Part shown: positions 52,854-63,123 of the stretch, in pieces
Position numbering within the stretch: position 1 is the first letter of the stretch
How the letters are laid out: each line of letters starts with the position of its first letter
Source: an uncultured Bacteroidia bacterium
GTDB lineage: Bacteria; Bacteroidota; Bacteroidia; Bacteroidales; F082
NCBI GenBank assembly: GCA_902801625.1
Contig: CADCJI010000006.1
Span: 11,304-75,303 of the forward strand
Direction: 5' to 3'
DNA: 64,000 bases
The notes under the pieces: model-generated
Database searches by the model: none
Seen by the model: only the letters and a program-made list of their open reading frames with translations
What the model was told of the DNA's origin: nothing
Position numbers and translations under genes: made by a program

Positions 52854-52887
52854 TAGAGACGCGATTGATCGCGTCTCTACATTTTTA
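52854..52887 (+). terminator. Rho-independent terminator
   Basis: tagagacgcgat / atcgcgtctcta 12-bp stem followed by ACATTTTT. Confidence 0.8.
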
Positions 52888-53023
52888 ATACATTTTTCTG
52901 ACGCATTTTTCTCAACCAATCCAAATATTTTCTATTTTAGCCGATTGTTTTTGAAGACGAATGTAATTCTTCGAATTTTAAATTTTGAATCTTTAAATCT
53001 TTTGAATCAACAAATAAGATAAT

Positions 53024-54970
53024 ATGAGCACCAACTTTGACCCACGCGCCAACTACGAGCTGACCAAGCAACAGGCCGGCTACGTCGAGCGCAAGAAAGC
53101 CACTCAGGAAGACTATGACCGCATAGGCTTCATGTCGGGACTGGAAGTGCACCAGCAGATCAAGACCAAAGAGAAGCTGTTCTGCCACTGTCCCGCCGGA
53201 CAATTCAACAAGTTTGAGGACTACGATGCCGAGCTGATCCGTCACATGCGCCCAACCCTTTCAGAGTTAGGCGAATATGACGGCACGGCCTTGATGGAGT
53301 TCAAGACGAAGAAGGAAATCGTCTACCGCATCAAGAACGGCACCGCCTGCACCTACGACATCGACGACACCCCGCCGTTCCCCATCAACCGCGAGGCCTT
53401 GCACAACGCCATCATCATCGCCCTGCGTTCGAACCTGAACATCGTGGGCGAAGTGCATATCACCCGTAAACAATACCTCGACGGCTCCATCCCGACGGGC
53501 TTCCAACGTACCGCCATCGTGGGCGTGGAAGGCCTGCTCAAACTGCCGAAGAAGGACATCCGCCTCATCCAGCTGAGCATCGAGGAGGACGCCTGCCGCG
53601 AAATCAGCGACATCGGTCACCGCCGTATCTATCAAACCGACCGTCTCGGCGTGCCGTTGATTGAGACCGTCACCTATCCCGACTGCAAGAATCCCGATGA
53701 GTTGCGCGAGACCTGCGAATACATCCGCTTCCTCGGCCGCAGCACGGGTTTGGTCCGCACGGGCATGGGCGCTGGTCGCCAAGACGTCAACGTGAGCTGC
53801 ACGGGTGGCACCCGCATCGAGTTGAAGGGTGTTCAACATGCCAAGTGGATCCCTGAATTGTCGCACAACGAGTGCTTCCGCCAGTGGTCGTTGGTGCAGT
53901 TGCAAGAGCGCCTCAACCGCGAGGTCGGCAAAGAAGGCTGGAAAGTGGAAGTGGCCGATGTGTCGTTCCCGACCGACTACCTGCCTATCCTCGACAATAA
54001 AGCCAAGGGCGGTGCCTTGAAACTCGTCAAGTTGCCGAAGTTCCGTGGCGTACTTTCGCACTTCACCCAACCTGGCAAGATGTTCGCCGACGAAATCGCC
54101 GACCGCCTGAAGGTCATCGCCTGCCTCGAGCGTCCCAACATGCTTCACGACGAGATGCTGGAACCCGTTTTGACCCACTCGCAATGGCATAAGCTGGCCA
54201 AGCGTGTCCATGCCACCGACGAAGATGCCCTCATCCTTGTTTGGGGTCCGCAAAACGACATGCCCACCGCCATCGAGACCATCGAAGAGCGTTGCCTCAT
54301 GGCCTTCGACGGCGTGCCGAAGGAGACCCGTAAGGCCATCTGCAATGGCATCACCATCTTCGAGCGTGTGCTCCCTGGTGCCGACCGTATGTATCCCGAT
54401 ACCGACTCGGCTCCCATCCCGCTCGACCCGGCTTTCATCAAGGCCCTGCGTGCCGAGATGCCTACCGAGATCATCGACCGTTACTACAAACTCAAGGAGT
54501 GGAACGTGCCGGAGGACTGCTTCCGTTACATCTTCGCGAAGAACTGGTTCCCCGCCATGGCCGAAGTCGTCGAGAAACTCGGCGTGGATGGCCGCACCGT
54601 GGGCCGCTTCGTCGGTATGAGACTCAAGCACCTGCTGGGCAAGAACGCTGCTTCGAAGTTCAACGGCGAGACCTTGTACAAACTCTTCGCTTTCCTGAAG
54701 GAGCAAGGTCTTGACTATCGTCTGGCTTGGAACATGGCTCCCGCTTTGGTGGAAGACGCCACGATGCCGATGGAGCAGGTTTTGGACAAGATCGGCTTCA
54801 AGCGTTATGCGAAAGACGACCTTTTGACCAAACTCGACAACCTTTGCGCTGGCTTCGCCCCAAAGAAGAAGTCCTGCACCGACCTCGACCGCATGAACTG
54901 GATCATGGGTCAGATGAAGGAAGCGATGGGCAACATCGAAATGAAAGAATTGGCTAACAACATCAAATAA
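53024..54970 (+). CDS. gatE: Archaeal-type Glu-tRNA(Gln) amidotransferase subunit E homologue
   Basis: GLEVHQQIKTKEKLFCHCP, MRPTLSELG, RKQYLDGSIPTGFQRT, LSIEEDACR, DRLGVPLIETVTYP and GRQDVNVSCTGGTRIELKGVQ parallel archaeal GatE motifs recalled from memory; 648 aa. Confidence 0.85.
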   Translation: MSTNFDPRANYELTKQQAGYVERKKATQEDYDRIGFMSGLEVHQQIKTKEKLFCHCPAGQFNKFEDYDAELIRHMRPTLSELGEYDGTALMEFKTKKEIVYRIKNGTACTYDIDDTPPFPINREALHNAIIIALRSNLNIVGEVHITRKQYLDGSIPTGFQRTAIVGVEGLLKLPKKDIRLIQLSIEEDACREISDIGHRRIYQTDRLGVPLIETVTYPDCKNPDELRETCEYIRFLGRSTGLVRTGMGAGRQDVNVSCTGGTRIELKGVQHAKWIPELSHNECFRQWSLVQLQERLNREVGKEGWKVEVADVSFPTDYLPILDNKAKGGALKLVKLPKFRGVLSHFTQPGKMFADEIADRLKVIACLERPNMLHDEMLEPVLTHSQWHKLAKRVHATDEDALILVWGPQNDMPTAIETIEERCLMAFDGVPKETRKAICNGITIFERVLPGADRMYPDTDSAPIPLDPAFIKALRAEMPTEIIDRYYKLKEWNVPEDCFRYIFAKNWFPAMAEVVEKLGVDGRTVGRFVGMRLKHLLGKNAASKFNGETLYKLFAFLKEQGLDYRLAWNMAPALVEDATMPMEQVLDKIGFKRYAKDDLLTKLDNLCAGFAPKKKSCTDLDRMNWIMGQMKEAMGNIEMKELANNIK

Positions 54971-54978
54971 AGAAGAAC

Positions 54979-56367
54979 ATGGCTGAAGATTTTTTCCAAG
55001 GATATTGGGGTGCCTCGCTTGAGGTGCTCAAGAAATACAACTGCCGCGTGTGGAGCCAGGCCGAGTGCCAGACCACGGGTGGCCTCTTCAAAGGCACGAT
55101 CCTGCCTCGAGCCGCCTTCCAGGACGACCAACATATCGTCATGAAGGTCAACACGGGCTACAACATCGGCGTCGACATCAGCACCATCACGGGCATGGTC
55201 GAGACCGACTACAAGAAAGCCAACTACCACATCCCCGAGAAGGAATTTCCATATACTGAGGGACTTCCGCACGTAAAGCTACTCGGTACGGGTGGCACCA
55301 TCGCCTCGCGCTTGGACTACCGTACAGGTGCTGTGATTCCCGCTTTCTCGCCAGGTGAGTTGTATGGCGCCGTGCCGGAGTTGGCCGACATCTGCAACCT
55401 CGACACCGAGAAGGTATTCGCCGTGTTTTCCGAGAACATGTCGCCCAAGGAATACATTGCCTTGGCCAAGAAGATTGGCGAGGAAATCCAGAACGGCATC
55501 GACGGCATCGTCATCGGCCACGGCACCGACACGCTGGCCCACACCGCCGCTGCCCTGACCTTCATGTGCCAGAACCTGCCTGTGCCGATTGTCTTGGTCG
55601 GCTCACAGCGTTCTTCCGACCGTCCATCATCCGACGCCGCCTTGAACCTCATGCATGCCATGACCGCTGCCGGTCACGGTGACGTGGCCGAGGTGATGGT
55701 CTGTATGTTTGGTCCCACCTCTGACGAGTACGGTTTCCTGCACCGTGGCACACGTGTACGTAAGATGCACTCTTCGTACCGTTCTACCTTCCGCACTATA
55801 GGCGACACGCCTGTCGCTACAGTCGACCGCAAGCGTGGCGTTGTGCCGATCAAGGAGGTCTACAACCACCGCCGCAACGACCGCGATGTAAAGATCATCC
55901 CAACCTTCGACGACCGCGTGGCCATCCTCTACTACTATCCCGGCATGAAGCCCGATGTGCTTGACGCACTGGTCGACAATGGCTATCAGGGCATCGTTTG
56001 GGACGGCACGGGCTTGGGTCACGTCAACCGTGGCATGTTCGACGCCATCCAGCGTGCCACCGACAAGGGTGTGCACCAGTACATGACTGTGCAGACCATC
56101 TGGGGCTATGCCCATATGTTCGTCTATGACACCGGCCGCGACCTGATGGACCGTGGCATCATCCCCGCACAGAACATGCTCGCCGAGACCGCCTACATCA
56201 AGTTGGGTTGGGCTTTGGGCCAAACCCATGACCGCGAAGAGGTGAAGAACATCATGCTCACTCCTGTGAACAGTGAAATCACCCCGAGAGAGCCTTACAA
56301 CGGCTACCTCGTCTACCAAGGCGGAGTGCCTGAGGTTGAAGAGTTTATCCGCAAGGTGCATAAATAA
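54979..56367 (+). CDS. gatD: Archaeal-type Glu-tRNA(Gln) amidotransferase subunit D homologue (asparaginase-fold glutaminase)
   Basis: The N-terminal domain contains VMKVNTGYNIGVDI. The asparaginase core contains LGTGGTIASRLDYRTGAV, GHGTDTLAHTAAAL and LVGSQRSSDRPSSDA. It starts 8 nt after the gatE stop. Confidence 0.85.
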   Translation: MAEDFFQGYWGASLEVLKKYNCRVWSQAECQTTGGLFKGTILPRAAFQDDQHIVMKVNTGYNIGVDISTITGMVETDYKKANYHIPEKEFPYTEGLPHVKLLGTGGTIASRLDYRTGAVIPAFSPGELYGAVPELADICNLDTEKVFAVFSENMSPKEYIALAKKIGEEIQNGIDGIVIGHGTDTLAHTAAALTFMCQNLPVPIVLVGSQRSSDRPSSDAALNLMHAMTAAGHGDVAEVMVCMFGPTSDEYGFLHRGTRVRKMHSSYRSTFRTIGDTPVATVDRKRGVVPIKEVYNHRRNDRDVKIIPTFDDRVAILYYYPGMKPDVLDALVDNGYQGIVWDGTGLGHVNRGMFDAIQRATDKGVHQYMTVQTIWGYAHMFVYDTGRDLMDRGIIPAQNMLAETAYIKLGWALGQTHDREEVKNIMLTPVNSEITPREPYNGYLVYQGGVPEVEEFIRKVHK

Positions 56368-56421
56368 TATAAGGTGCCGACATGTCCGGCATTTGCTACT
56401 CATATTAAATGTAATTAAACC

Positions 56422-58164
56422 ATGCCATTTTCTGACTTTAAAACCCTGAAGCGTTTGTTGAAATCAGACTTGAGTGCTCTACCCTTGATAAAAGTGGCTC
56501 TGCTGGGTGATACAGCAACGCAGTTTCTTGCCACAGCCATCCGAGGGACCGGTGTGGAGCGAGGCTATCATATTGACCTCTACGAGGCAGAATACGACCA
56601 AGTGGAAAGACAACTGCTTGACCCGACGAGTGAATTCTACGAGTTCAATGCAGACTTCATTATATTGTTCCAAAGTACGCACAAACTTGGCGAAAACCAC
56701 GCGATGCTCAGCTCGGAACAACAGACCACCTTGGCTGAGGACAGACTCAACTTCGTGGCCTCAATATGTTCCAATCCTGCCCTCGAAGGCAAAAAGATCA
56801 TCTATTTCAACTATCCTGAGATAGACGATGCCGTGTTTGGCAGCTATGCCAACCACGTGCCGCAATCGCTGACATGGCAAGTAAGGCGGCTGAATTGCGG
56901 ACTGATGGATTTGACGCAGCAGTACCCGAACCTCTTCATTTGCGATCTTGCAGCGCTGCAAAACAAGTTGGGACGCGATGCCATGTTTGCCGCCAATGTT
57001 TACACCAGCACAGAGATGGTGTTGAGCATGGATGTATTGCCCTATGTTGCGAGCCGAGTGATGGACATCATTTGTGCCGTAAAGGGACAATTCAAGAAAT
57101 GCCTCATTTTGGACCTTGACAACACGGTATGGGGTGGCGTGATTGGTGATGACGGACTTGAAGGCATCCAGCTAGGTCATGGACTAGGCATTGGCAAGGC
57201 CTTCACTGAGTTCCAGATGTGGGTCAAGAAGCTCAAGCAGCGTGGCATTATCATTTGCGTAGCCTCGAAGAACAATGAAGAGACTGCCAAGGAACCCTTT
57301 GAGAAGCATCCTGACATGGTGCTCAAGCTGGACGACATTGCTGTGTTCCAAGCCAATTGGGAGACCAAAGTCGACAATATACGTACCATTCAAAGCATTT
57401 TGAACATCAGCTTTGATAGCATGGTGTTCTTGGATGACAACCCCTTCGAACGGAATATTGTACGCGAAAACATCAAAGGCATCACCGTGCCTGAGTTGCC
57501 CGAAGACCCTGCGGATTACTTGGAATACCTTTATGGGCTGAATCTATTTGAAACCGCCAGCTACAGTTCTGCCGACAAGGACCGTACGAAGCAATATCAA
57601 GTGGAGGCTCAACGTGTGTCGCTGAGCAAGACCTTCACCAATGAAGCAGACTTCCTCAAATCATTGGATATGGTTTCTGTCGTAAGCGGTTTCACCAAAT
57701 TCAATACGCCCCGTGTCGCACAACTTACCCAAAGGAGCAACCAGTTTAATTTGCGTACTGTCCGATACACTGATGCCGACATCGAATCATTCGCATCGGA
57801 TACAGAAGTGATTGACCTGAGCTTCACCTTACAGGACAAGTTTGGCGACAATGGCTTGATCGCTGTCATCATCATGAAGCCGAAGGACAAAGAAACACTC
57901 TTTGTGGATACTTGGTTGATGAGCTGTAGGGTATTGAAACGTGGTGTTGAGAATTTCACTTTGAACACCATGGTGGAGATTGCCAAGTCAAAGGGATACA
58001 AGCGAATCATAGGAGAATACCTGCCAACGCCTAAGAATGGCATGGTGGCATTGCATTATCCAGAACTTGGTTTCAAACCCATAGAGGGCAGCCCAACTGC
58101 CCAATGGGTTCTCGATTTGGAGAACTACCAGCCCCGCGAGTGTTTTATTGTTGCTAATGAATAA
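56422..58164 (+). CDS. FkbH-like HAD-IIIC family protein
   Basis: HAD motif I LILDLDNTVWGGVIGDDGLEGIQLG, VASKNNEETA and FLDDNPFER, plus a C-terminal GNAT-like region; 580 aa. Confidence 0.75.
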   Translation: MPFSDFKTLKRLLKSDLSALPLIKVALLGDTATQFLATAIRGTGVERGYHIDLYEAEYDQVERQLLDPTSEFYEFNADFIILFQSTHKLGENHAMLSSEQQTTLAEDRLNFVASICSNPALEGKKIIYFNYPEIDDAVFGSYANHVPQSLTWQVRRLNCGLMDLTQQYPNLFICDLAALQNKLGRDAMFAANVYTSTEMVLSMDVLPYVASRVMDIICAVKGQFKKCLILDLDNTVWGGVIGDDGLEGIQLGHGLGIGKAFTEFQMWVKKLKQRGIIICVASKNNEETAKEPFEKHPDMVLKLDDIAVFQANWETKVDNIRTIQSILNISFDSMVFLDDNPFERNIVRENIKGITVPELPEDPADYLEYLYGLNLFETASYSSADKDRTKQYQVEAQRVSLSKTFTNEADFLKSLDMVSVVSGFTKFNTPRVAQLTQRSNQFNLRTVRYTDADIESFASDTEVIDLSFTLQDKFGDNGLIAVIIMKPKDKETLFVDTWLMSCRVLKRGVENFTLNTMVEIAKSKGYKRIIGEYLPTPKNGMVALHYPELGFKPIEGSPTAQWVLDLENYQPRECFIVANE

Positions 58165-58167
58165 GTT

Positions 58168-58590
58168 ATGACAATTGCCGAATTAGCAGAACAGACAGGG
58201 AAAATAGAACACACTTATCAGGTGACTCCTGAAGTGTACCATGCGTTCCAGTTATGCAGTGGCGACTTCAACCCGTTACACACCGACATGGCTTTTGCCC
58301 AAAGCAAAGGCTTTAACGATTGTGTGATGTACGGCAACATCTTGAATGCCTTTATCAGCCACTTTGTAGGGATGCTACTTCCGACAAAGGAGGTGATGAT
58401 TCAGAGCCAAGACATCAGTTTCCACAAGCCTGTGTTCATGAACGACAAAGTCGCCTTAGAGGCCACAGTGGATACTGTTTCCGAGGCTGTCGGCATCATT
58501 GAATATAAATTTAAATTCAGGCGCATAAGTGATGGCGTCAAGCCCGAGCTTGTCGCCAAAGGCCATGTGCAGATAGGATTATTAAAATGA
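58168..58590 (+). CDS. MaoC-like hotdog-fold dehydratase
   Basis: SGDFNPLHTD motif; 140 aa. Confidence 0.75.
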   Translation: MTIAELAEQTGKIEHTYQVTPEVYHAFQLCSGDFNPLHTDMAFAQSKGFNDCVMYGNILNAFISHFVGMLLPTKEVMIQSQDISFHKPVFMNDKVALEATVDTVSEAVGIIEYKFKFRRISDGVKPELVAKGHVQIGLLK

Positions 58591-59411
58591 TTGACAAAGA
58601 GTTAATTAATCAATTGGAGCAGCTTGCCAAAAAGATCCGGGTGGATATCATACGCACTGGATATTTGGCAGGCAAGAATGGTGCCCACTTTGGAGGCAGC
58701 CTCTCCCCTGTTGAGATATTGGCAGTGCTGTATTCCTGCTTTGTCTCCTTCGACAAAAACGATATGGAGCATCGTGACAGGGTCATCCTGAGTAAGGGTC
58801 ACGCCGCCTTGGCACACTACTGCACTTTGTATGAATGCGGAATCATGACCAAAGCAGACCTCGACTCTTTTGAGCAGAATGGCAGTGACATTGTCGCCCA
58901 TGCCAAACGGAACTTATCGAGAGGTTTGGATTTCTCTGGAGGCAGCCTAAGCCTTGGCACCTCTTATTCCGTTGGCGTTGCCCATGCCTGCAAGCGCAAA
59001 GGTCTTAACAACCACATATACACCCTCATCGGAGACGGTGAAATGAATGAAGGTCTGATTTGGGAAGCACTGATGTATGCTGGACACAACCATCTTGACA
59101 ATCTCACCGTCATTATAGACCATAACCACCTTCAGGCCGATGGTACTATCGAGGAAGTAATGAATACCGCCCCGCTTGAAGACAAACTGAAAGCCTTTGG
59201 ATTTGATGTGATTCAAGTGGATGGGCACTCCGTAAGCGAATTACACGAAGCCTTTAGTCAACGACCTAATGGCCGTCCAATGGCCATCATTGCAGAAACA
59301 GTGAAGGGCAAAGGCGTTTCGTTTATCGAAAACAAAGCCAAATGGCATCACAGCAGCCTAAACGAGGCTCGTTACCAAAAGGCGCTAAAAGATTTAGGAG
59401 AGGAGGTATAG
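58587..59411 (+). CDS. Transketolase, N-terminal (TPP-binding) subunit
   Basis: HFGGSLSPVEILAVLY, SKGHAALAHY, IGDGEMNEGLIWEA. It overlaps the hotdog gene by 4 nt. Confidence 0.85.
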   Translation: MIDKELINQLEQLAKKIRVDIIRTGYLAGKNGAHFGGSLSPVEILAVLYSCFVSFDKNDMEHRDRVILSKGHAALAHYCTLYECGIMTKADLDSFEQNGSDIVAHAKRNLSRGLDFSGGSLSLGTSYSVGVAHACKRKGLNNHIYTLIGDGEMNEGLIWEALMYAGHNHLDNLTVIIDHNHLQADGTIEEVMNTAPLEDKLKAFGFDVIQVDGHSVSELHEAFSQRPNGRPMAIIAETVKGKGVSFIENKAKWHHSSLNEARYQKALKDLGEEV

Positions 59412-59412
59412 A

Positions 59413-60378
59413 ATGGCTAATATGAATGTTCAACAATATGCTGGCTCCGGACAGGCTGCGGCCATATTTGGGATGTATTTGCCTGACCATATCGAGGAGT
59501 ACCCCAATGTACAAGTGCTCTCCGCCGACATGTCGGTGGCAGCCAGCCTTGACCGTTTTATTTATCAAAGCCCCGAAAAATTCACTGAATTAGGCATAGC
59601 TGAGCAAAATCTGGTAGGAATTTCTGCTGGCATGGCCTCAGAAGGCTATACATGTGTGGCTGTTGCCCAAGCTGCCTTTATTACTATGCGAGCCTACGAA
59701 ATGGATCGCCAGTATTTAGGCTATATGCAAAACAAGGTTATCCTTGTCGGTTTGAATTCCGGCTTCTATCTCCAATACTTTGGCAACACACACTACTGCA
59801 TAGAAGACCTTGCCATCATGCGCCAGATTCCTGGAATGACGGTCTTGTCTCCCGCAGATGCTGGTGAAGCCGTCATGGCCTTTGAGGCTGCATTAAATTG
59901 CCCAGGTCCGGTTTACATTCGACTCACAGGGGGCTCGCAAGCTCCTACGGTTTATCATGAGACTTGCCCGTTTACCATTGGCAAAAACAATATACTCCGT
60001 GAAGGTCAGGATGTCTGCCTCTTTACCACTGGTGCTTGTACGGGCTACTCCATCCAAGCCGCCGAAATCTTGTCTCAACAAGGCATTGAAACAAGGCTCG
60101 TGGATGTCCATTCCTTGAAACCATTTGACATCGAGTCTGTTAGAGAAGCCAAAAACCACAAACTGATTGTATCGGCAGAAGAACACAATATAGTTGGTGG
60201 TCTTGGCACTGCCATTGCAGACATTATTGCAGAAGAAGGTGGTTATCCACCTCTTTTGAAACTGGGTGTCAAAGACCGTTTCTCCAAGCCCGGTGATTAT
60301 GATTATGTGATGCAGCAGCACAGGCTCTCGCCTGAATTGATTGCAGAAGACATCAAAAACAAATTACAATCGTTATAA
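59413..60378 (+). CDS. Transketolase, C-terminal (pyrimidine-binding) subunit
   Basis: FTELGIAEQNLVGISAGMASEGY. It starts 1 nt after the upstream stop. Confidence 0.85.
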   Translation: MANMNVQQYAGSGQAAAIFGMYLPDHIEEYPNVQVLSADMSVAASLDRFIYQSPEKFTELGIAEQNLVGISAGMASEGYTCVAVAQAAFITMRAYEMDRQYLGYMQNKVILVGLNSGFYLQYFGNTHYCIEDLAIMRQIPGMTVLSPADAGEAVMAFEAALNCPGPVYIRLTGGSQAPTVYHETCPFTIGKNNILREGQDVCLFTTGACTGYSIQAAEILSQQGIETRLVDVHSLKPFDIESVREAKNHKLIVSAEEHNIVGGLGTAIADIIAEEGGYPPLLKLGVKDRFSKPGDYDYVMQQHRLSPELIAEDIKNKLQSL

Positions 60379-60406
60379 ATAAACAAGAATCAAAATATCT
60401 ATTGTT

Positions 60407-60649
60407 ATGGAAAGATCTGAAATTTACGAAAAACTCAACGAAATCTTTTGTGACGTGCTGGATTTAGACGAGGTACACCTTACCGATGCATCCGTTGCCG
60501 ACGACATCGAGGAATGGGACTCCCTGAGTCATATCCAGTTGATTGTGGCTATTGAAAAAGCCTTTGGAATCAAGTTCACTTCTCTTGAGATCATGAAGTG
60601 GAACAATGTGGGCGAGATGGTGAATTCAATCATTGCCAAAAAGCAATAA
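60407..60649 (+). CDS. Acyl/peptidyl carrier protein (DltC-sized, 80 aa)
   Basis: Phosphopantetheine attachment context EEWDSLSHIQLIVAIEKAFG. Confidence 0.8.
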   Translation: MERSEIYEKLNEIFCDVLDLDEVHLTDASVADDIEEWDSLSHIQLIVAIEKAFGIKFTSLEIMKWNNVGEMVNSIIAKKQ

Positions 60650-60652
60650 CCG

Positions 60653-62122
60653 ATGGTTATCAACTCTTTTAGGTTCTTAGCCTTTTTTGCAGTAGTCTTC
60701 TTGGTTTATTTCCTGCCGTGGATGCGACAGCGTCACACGCGGCAGAACTTATGGCTATTGCTTGCCAGTTATTTTTTCTATGGCTTCGTGGATTGGAAGA
60801 TGCTTCCAGTCCTTTTGGCCATTACGGTGGCGTTTTGGTTTTTGGGCGGATTCATCCGCAAGGCCATTGACCGAGGTAATGCGAAAGCGGCATCGCGGTT
60901 CACTACGTTAGGTGTCGTGTTGGGTATAGGACTCTTGTTTTACTTTAAATACCTGAACTTCTTTGCCGGTTCTTTTGCTAAACTACTTAATGCCATTGGA
61001 TTACAGGTCAATTGGTCCACGCTAAACATTGTCCTTCCCGTTGGTGTGAGTTTTTTCACTTTCAAACTCATCAGCTATGTGATTGAAATCCATCGAGAGA
61101 AGATCCAGCCCAGCGAGAACTTTCTGGAGTTTGCCACCTATATCGCCTTCTTCCCCACCATCATGGCAGGTCCTATCGACCGTCCTGGAAAGTTCCTTCC
61201 CCAGTTGCGCCAAGCCCACCAATTCAACTACAACTTGGCCATGGACGGCTGCCAGCAGATACTTTGGGGTATCTTCACCAAGATGGTCATAGCCGACAGT
61301 ATTGCAGTAATTACACATGACGCGTGGTCTCTTTATCCAGAAAAAACCTCTTGGTACCTAATTTACGCTGCCTTGTTATCACCAATACAAGTCTATGCTG
61401 ATTTTGACGGATATTCCAACATGGCCATTGGCGTGGGTAAGATTCTAGAATTCAACATCACCAAGAACTTTGACCATCCATTGCTAGCACGCAATGTGTC
61501 GGAATACTGGCGTCGTTGGCATATTTCCCTAACGGGTTGGATCACTGACTATGTGTTCATGCCGCTCAATGTCAGGTTCCGCAATTGGGGTAATTTAGGA
61601 ATTTTCCTCGCCATCAGCATCAACCTTATTGTGATTGGTATGTGGCACGGGGCGAATTGGACCTATGTCTTGTTCGGTGTTTACCACAGCCTGCTTTTCT
61701 TACCGCTCATACTTACGGGGAAGTTTGGAAAGAATAAAAAGCTCAAACCTGGCCGATGGGGTTGCATACAGTTTAAGGACTTTTTAGGGATGATTGGAAC
61801 CCATCTCCTGATGGCTGTGGGTCATATTATCATATTCTCCGCTGGAGTACCATCCATCATCCGGCTTTTCAAATGCATGGTAAATGGAGATTGGTCATTC
61901 GTCAATCCTTTCTCATTACTTTCGTGGTATTCCATTTTAGCTATTGTGGTACTATTGGTCTTGGAATGGTGTACAAGGAACAAAGAATTTGCCATACAAC
62001 GTGTGTCTAAAGATTACACGAACAAGACCTTTAGAATCGTATTCCTCGACATGTTGCTGGCTTTGGCCATTGTGATTTTTAGTGCGAGTGCTAACGCAGA
62101 GTTTGTTTATTTCCAATTCTAA
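60653..62122 (+). CDS. MBOAT-family membrane O-acyltransferase (DltB/AlgI-like)
   Basis: LPVGVSFFTFKLISYVIE, YWRRWHISLTGWITDYVFMPL, conserved His in GMWHGANW. It starts 3 nt after the carrier-protein stop. Confidence 0.85.
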   Translation: MVINSFRFLAFFAVVFLVYFLPWMRQRHTRQNLWLLLASYFFYGFVDWKMLPVLLAITVAFWFLGGFIRKAIDRGNAKAASRFTTLGVVLGIGLLFYFKYLNFFAGSFAKLLNAIGLQVNWSTLNIVLPVGVSFFTFKLISYVIEIHREKIQPSENFLEFATYIAFFPTIMAGPIDRPGKFLPQLRQAHQFNYNLAMDGCQQILWGIFTKMVIADSIAVITHDAWSLYPEKTSWYLIYAALLSPIQVYADFDGYSNMAIGVGKILEFNITKNFDHPLLARNVSEYWRRWHISLTGWITDYVFMPLNVRFRNWGNLGIFLAISINLIVIGMWHGANWTYVLFGVYHSLLFLPLILTGKFGKNKKLKPGRWGCIQFKDFLGMIGTHLLMAVGHIIIFSAGVPSIIRLFKCMVNGDWSFVNPFSLLSWYSILAIVVLLVLEWCTRNKEFAIQRVSKDYTNKTFRIVFLDMLLALAIVIFSASANAEFVYFQF

Positions 62123-62132
62123 TTCATTGCTT

Positions 62133-63068
62133 ATGAAAAGGTTTATCAAACTATTTTGTTTTTTCTGGCTGTTTCTCATTTTGGCTATTGCTTGCATTCG
62201 GATAGCATGGATTCTAGTGACACCGCGAATCATGGAAAGGAACGTCCTTGATAAGGATATACATACCATTGTTTTGGGTGGTTCGGTTGGGATGGCCGAT
62301 TGGAATGATAGCATTATCCATGGTTCGAAGAATCTCTGTGCTTCGGCAATGACTTTTGGTGGAGCACTGAACAATCTGAAATGGGCCACTGAATATAACG
62401 AAAATAAACCTGACACGGTTATACTCGCAGCAGGACTAGTGTCGGTGGCTTATTTTTTTGACGATGTAGATGTACCCGAGGCGCTGTTAAAAAGAGATGA
62501 AGAAAAAAGAAATATCTTAAACTATTCCGTTTTCTTCAATAACTATAAACAGCATATCGAATATTGGGAATACATACTTGTTTCTTTTCCCTACAAGAAC
62601 CTTGAGGCATACAAGGGCGTTGAAGGTAATTTTTCCACTGAAGATCATATTGAAATAAATCATCCACTGGCCTTTAATCAAATTAATACAGCAATTGAGC
62701 GGGCTCACGAATATGACAAACAAGGTAATATGTCTGAAGAATATCTTAAGACATATTTCACATATCAGCTCGATAATCTTCATAAAATAAAGGAGTATTG
62801 TGGTGCCCATCAGCAGACGCTTATTATCTTGAACACTCCCATGTACAAAATCTTAGATATGGCGAGTGACAAGGGTTATCGGCAATTGATATGTTCGGAG
62901 TTAGGAGATAGTACGCTTGTAGCAGATTACAGTCATTTCAAAGTACCTGATTCAACCTATTTTAGAGACCCTGAACATTTAAACACAAAAGGGGCTCAAT
63001 ATTTTGGGGAACATATTTCAAGAGAAGGTTTGCAATTGCAATATGCAATAGACTATTGTATGAATTAG
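62133..63068 (+). CDS. Membrane-anchored DltD/SGNH-like protein (putative extracytoplasmic acyl-transfer partner of the MBOAT)
   Basis: N-terminal TM anchor MKRFIKLFCFFWLFLILAIACI. HTIVLGGSVG is block-I-like and DPEHLNTKGAQYF is a block-V-like DxxH. This is a weak by-eye call. Confidence 0.4.
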   Translation: MKRFIKLFCFFWLFLILAIACIRIAWILVTPRIMERNVLDKDIHTIVLGGSVGMADWNDSIIHGSKNLCASAMTFGGALNNLKWATEYNENKPDTVILAAGLVSVAYFFDDVDVPEALLKRDEEKRNILNYSVFFNNYKQHIEYWEYILVSFPYKNLEAYKGVEGNFSTEDHIEINHPLAFNQINTAIERAHEYDKQGNMSEEYLKTYFTYQLDNLHKIKEYCGAHQQTLIILNTPMYKILDMASDKGYRQLICSELGDSTLVADYSHFKVPDSTYFRDPEHLNTKGAQYFGEHISREGLQLQYAIDYCMN

Positions 63069-63123
63069 CTTTGGGTCATATTGGTTGTTTTCTCTATTTT
63101 TGCTGACCCAAATGTAGACATAT

